This document shows positions 62,644-64,000 of a stretch of 64,000 nt of DNA, in pieces. The notes under the pieces were generated by a model, which ran no database searches, was not told the origin of the DNA, and worked only from the letters and a program-made list of their open reading frames with translations. The translations under genes and the position numbers were made by a program. The stretch's first letter is position 1. Each line of letters starts with the position of its first letter. Origin of the DNA: Proteromonas lacertae (Eukaryota); contig NGBS01001173.1 in the NCBI GenBank assembly GCA_002245135.1, positions 1 through 64,000 on the forward strand. The letters run 5' to 3'.

Positions 62644-64000
62644 ATCTTCATCATTATTTCCACCAAAATCAACTTCAACCTTTAAACCAACATTTAATCC
62701 AACAGTTAAACCGACTATATCTTCATCTAATAATACAAATACAAAACCAACAACTGTATTTTCTTCAATTCGATTAAAGTCTGAACCATCATCAATACCT
62801 CATCAACAACCAGAATCAATAACTTTGAAGATCAAACATCCAATATTATTTGAAGATAAAAAGAAATCTGAACCAATCAAAACAATCCCTCAATTAACAC
62901 CGAAATTAAATTTGGTTACTGATATTGATCCAAAAATTAAACCACCAGATTCTTTAATGTTATCTAATAGAGATAAAATGTTGTTTATTCATAATACATT
63001 TAAAGGAATCTTAAAGGAAATGGATAATATATTTACATCTACTGTTGATCCTTGCTTACTTGATAATACTGAGTTTATTGTTAATCATTTAATTGAGAAT
63101 AATAAAATAAGTGAAAAAATTGAAGAAATGAAGGATTGTGATTTGATTAAACAACAAGTAAAATCAATTACTAAAAAAATTGAAGATTTTGAAACTTATG
63201 TTGCAAGAATAGAAAAGACAAAATATAGTGGAAATAATAATGAAATATGTGAAGATTTATTACATACAATTCCATTTGATGCTTCTAATATGGTTCGAGA
63301 ATGTCAAATCTTAGTAAATGTATATATATTTTAATATTTATTTTATTTTTATTATAATAGAGAATTGATTGTAGATTAAAAAATATTGAAGATGAAATTG
63401 AACTATACAAAACATCTGCAAAAGAAGAGAATCCATTTGATAATACAAGCACTCGATTATATTTAAATAAAGCAAATGAATTAGCAGAAGAATTAAAGAA
63501 GCAATATCGTGATACAAAGGAAATGGCAAAGAAATTAAAAAGATTAGAAGATAATAGATTAAGAAAAGATAAATCAGTTCATGTGTTTGACTATAACAGT
63601 ATTATTCCATTATCAGTAAATGTTATACCTAAATATCCTAAAAAACAAATATCATTATTAAGAGATTATTTAAAGACAAAAATTAATAATCATACAGCAG
63701 TTAAACCAGAGAATTATAGTGGAAAAGATAAAGAGGATAAAGTAATAGAAAGTCACTATATTCATAAAGGAGTGAATGTTGAAACTGAGTTTGTATTTCC
63801 TAAAAAACCTGAAGCAACAACTGTTGTGAAGAAAATAGAAATTCCATTATCATCTAAAGCTATTCATAAAGAAACACCACCTCCATCTGTACCTCCTCCA
63901 ACATCATCATTATCATCATCATCTACTACAATGAAAGGAACAAATGATTATGGTGTAATGCCAATTGGTTCGACAAGCTCAAGTTCTAATATGTTTGTAT
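58038..64000 (+). CDS. FG-repeat nucleoporin-like protein (Nup214/Nup159-like modules), multi-exon, runs off the window end
   Basis: Many SxFG/GLFG/LFG repeats in Ser/Thr/Pro-rich sequence, then WD40-like strands (INDIVLSPSGK, YTSCCWD...FYIANNEGEIY), then a coiled-coil region. Introns start near 61617, 61746 and 63320. Confidence 0.55.
58665..59921 (+). repeat. Internal direct duplication: 174-bp identical core (58665-58838 = 59748-59921) within a larger diverged duplication
   Basis: LFDENEKPKDIKETTKEKEV...NPFNMSISS occurs twice, offset 1083 bp. Upstream GFSA..NT.T.FN.FTN...SWIKS is also duplicated. Confidence 0.92.
60130..61020 (+). repeat. Shuffled coding tandem repeats (GLFGLSNPPPLFGSSTSA, GSGLFGSKPP)
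   Basis: Near-identical nucleotide modules recur three to four times in varying order. Confidence 0.9.

Noticed and set aside
1..64000. Alternative genetic code (TAA/TAG reassigned, ciliate-like)
   Set aside because: Long ORFs up to 3047 aa have no in-frame TAA/TAG. Conserved genes end at TAA in the expected place, and most interruptions are explained by short introns.

Overview
Eukaryotic, very AT-rich and gene-dense genomic DNA using the standard genetic code, with many tiny GT-AG introns (about 25-40 nt). The ORF track therefore fragments most genes. Tiny introns, putative-Ig and LRR gene families and flagellar genes (PF16/SPAG6, ARL16) suggest a protist, perhaps a Blastocystis/Proteromonas-type stramenopile; this is inference only. 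The left half holds mostly housekeeping genes: MTR4, an H3K36-type SET methyltransferase, two nucleotide-sugar transporters, ARL16, PF16, ERH and eIF3m. Several bacterial-type enzymes are interspersed: an HxxxDG acyltransferase, a D-Ala-D-Ala carboxypeptidase and an FkbM methyltransferase. Three things stand out. (1) A roughly 3,800-aa class C-like GPCR whose ectodomain appears to be nine tandem UrtA/AmiC-like Venus-flytrap domains. (2) A roughly 15.8-kb imperfect palindrome (36385-52162) with a tRNA-Gly in each outer arm and a head-to-head pair of triple-CAP-domain surface proteins. The pair is identical over about 1,000 aa but has different stalks and cytoplasmic tails (PH-like versus short). 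(3) A dispersed pseudokinase-LRR family present four times in different states of deletion. The window ends inside an FG-repeat nucleoporin-like gene. Exon boundaries were read by eye, and several single-base frame breaks may be assembly errors.
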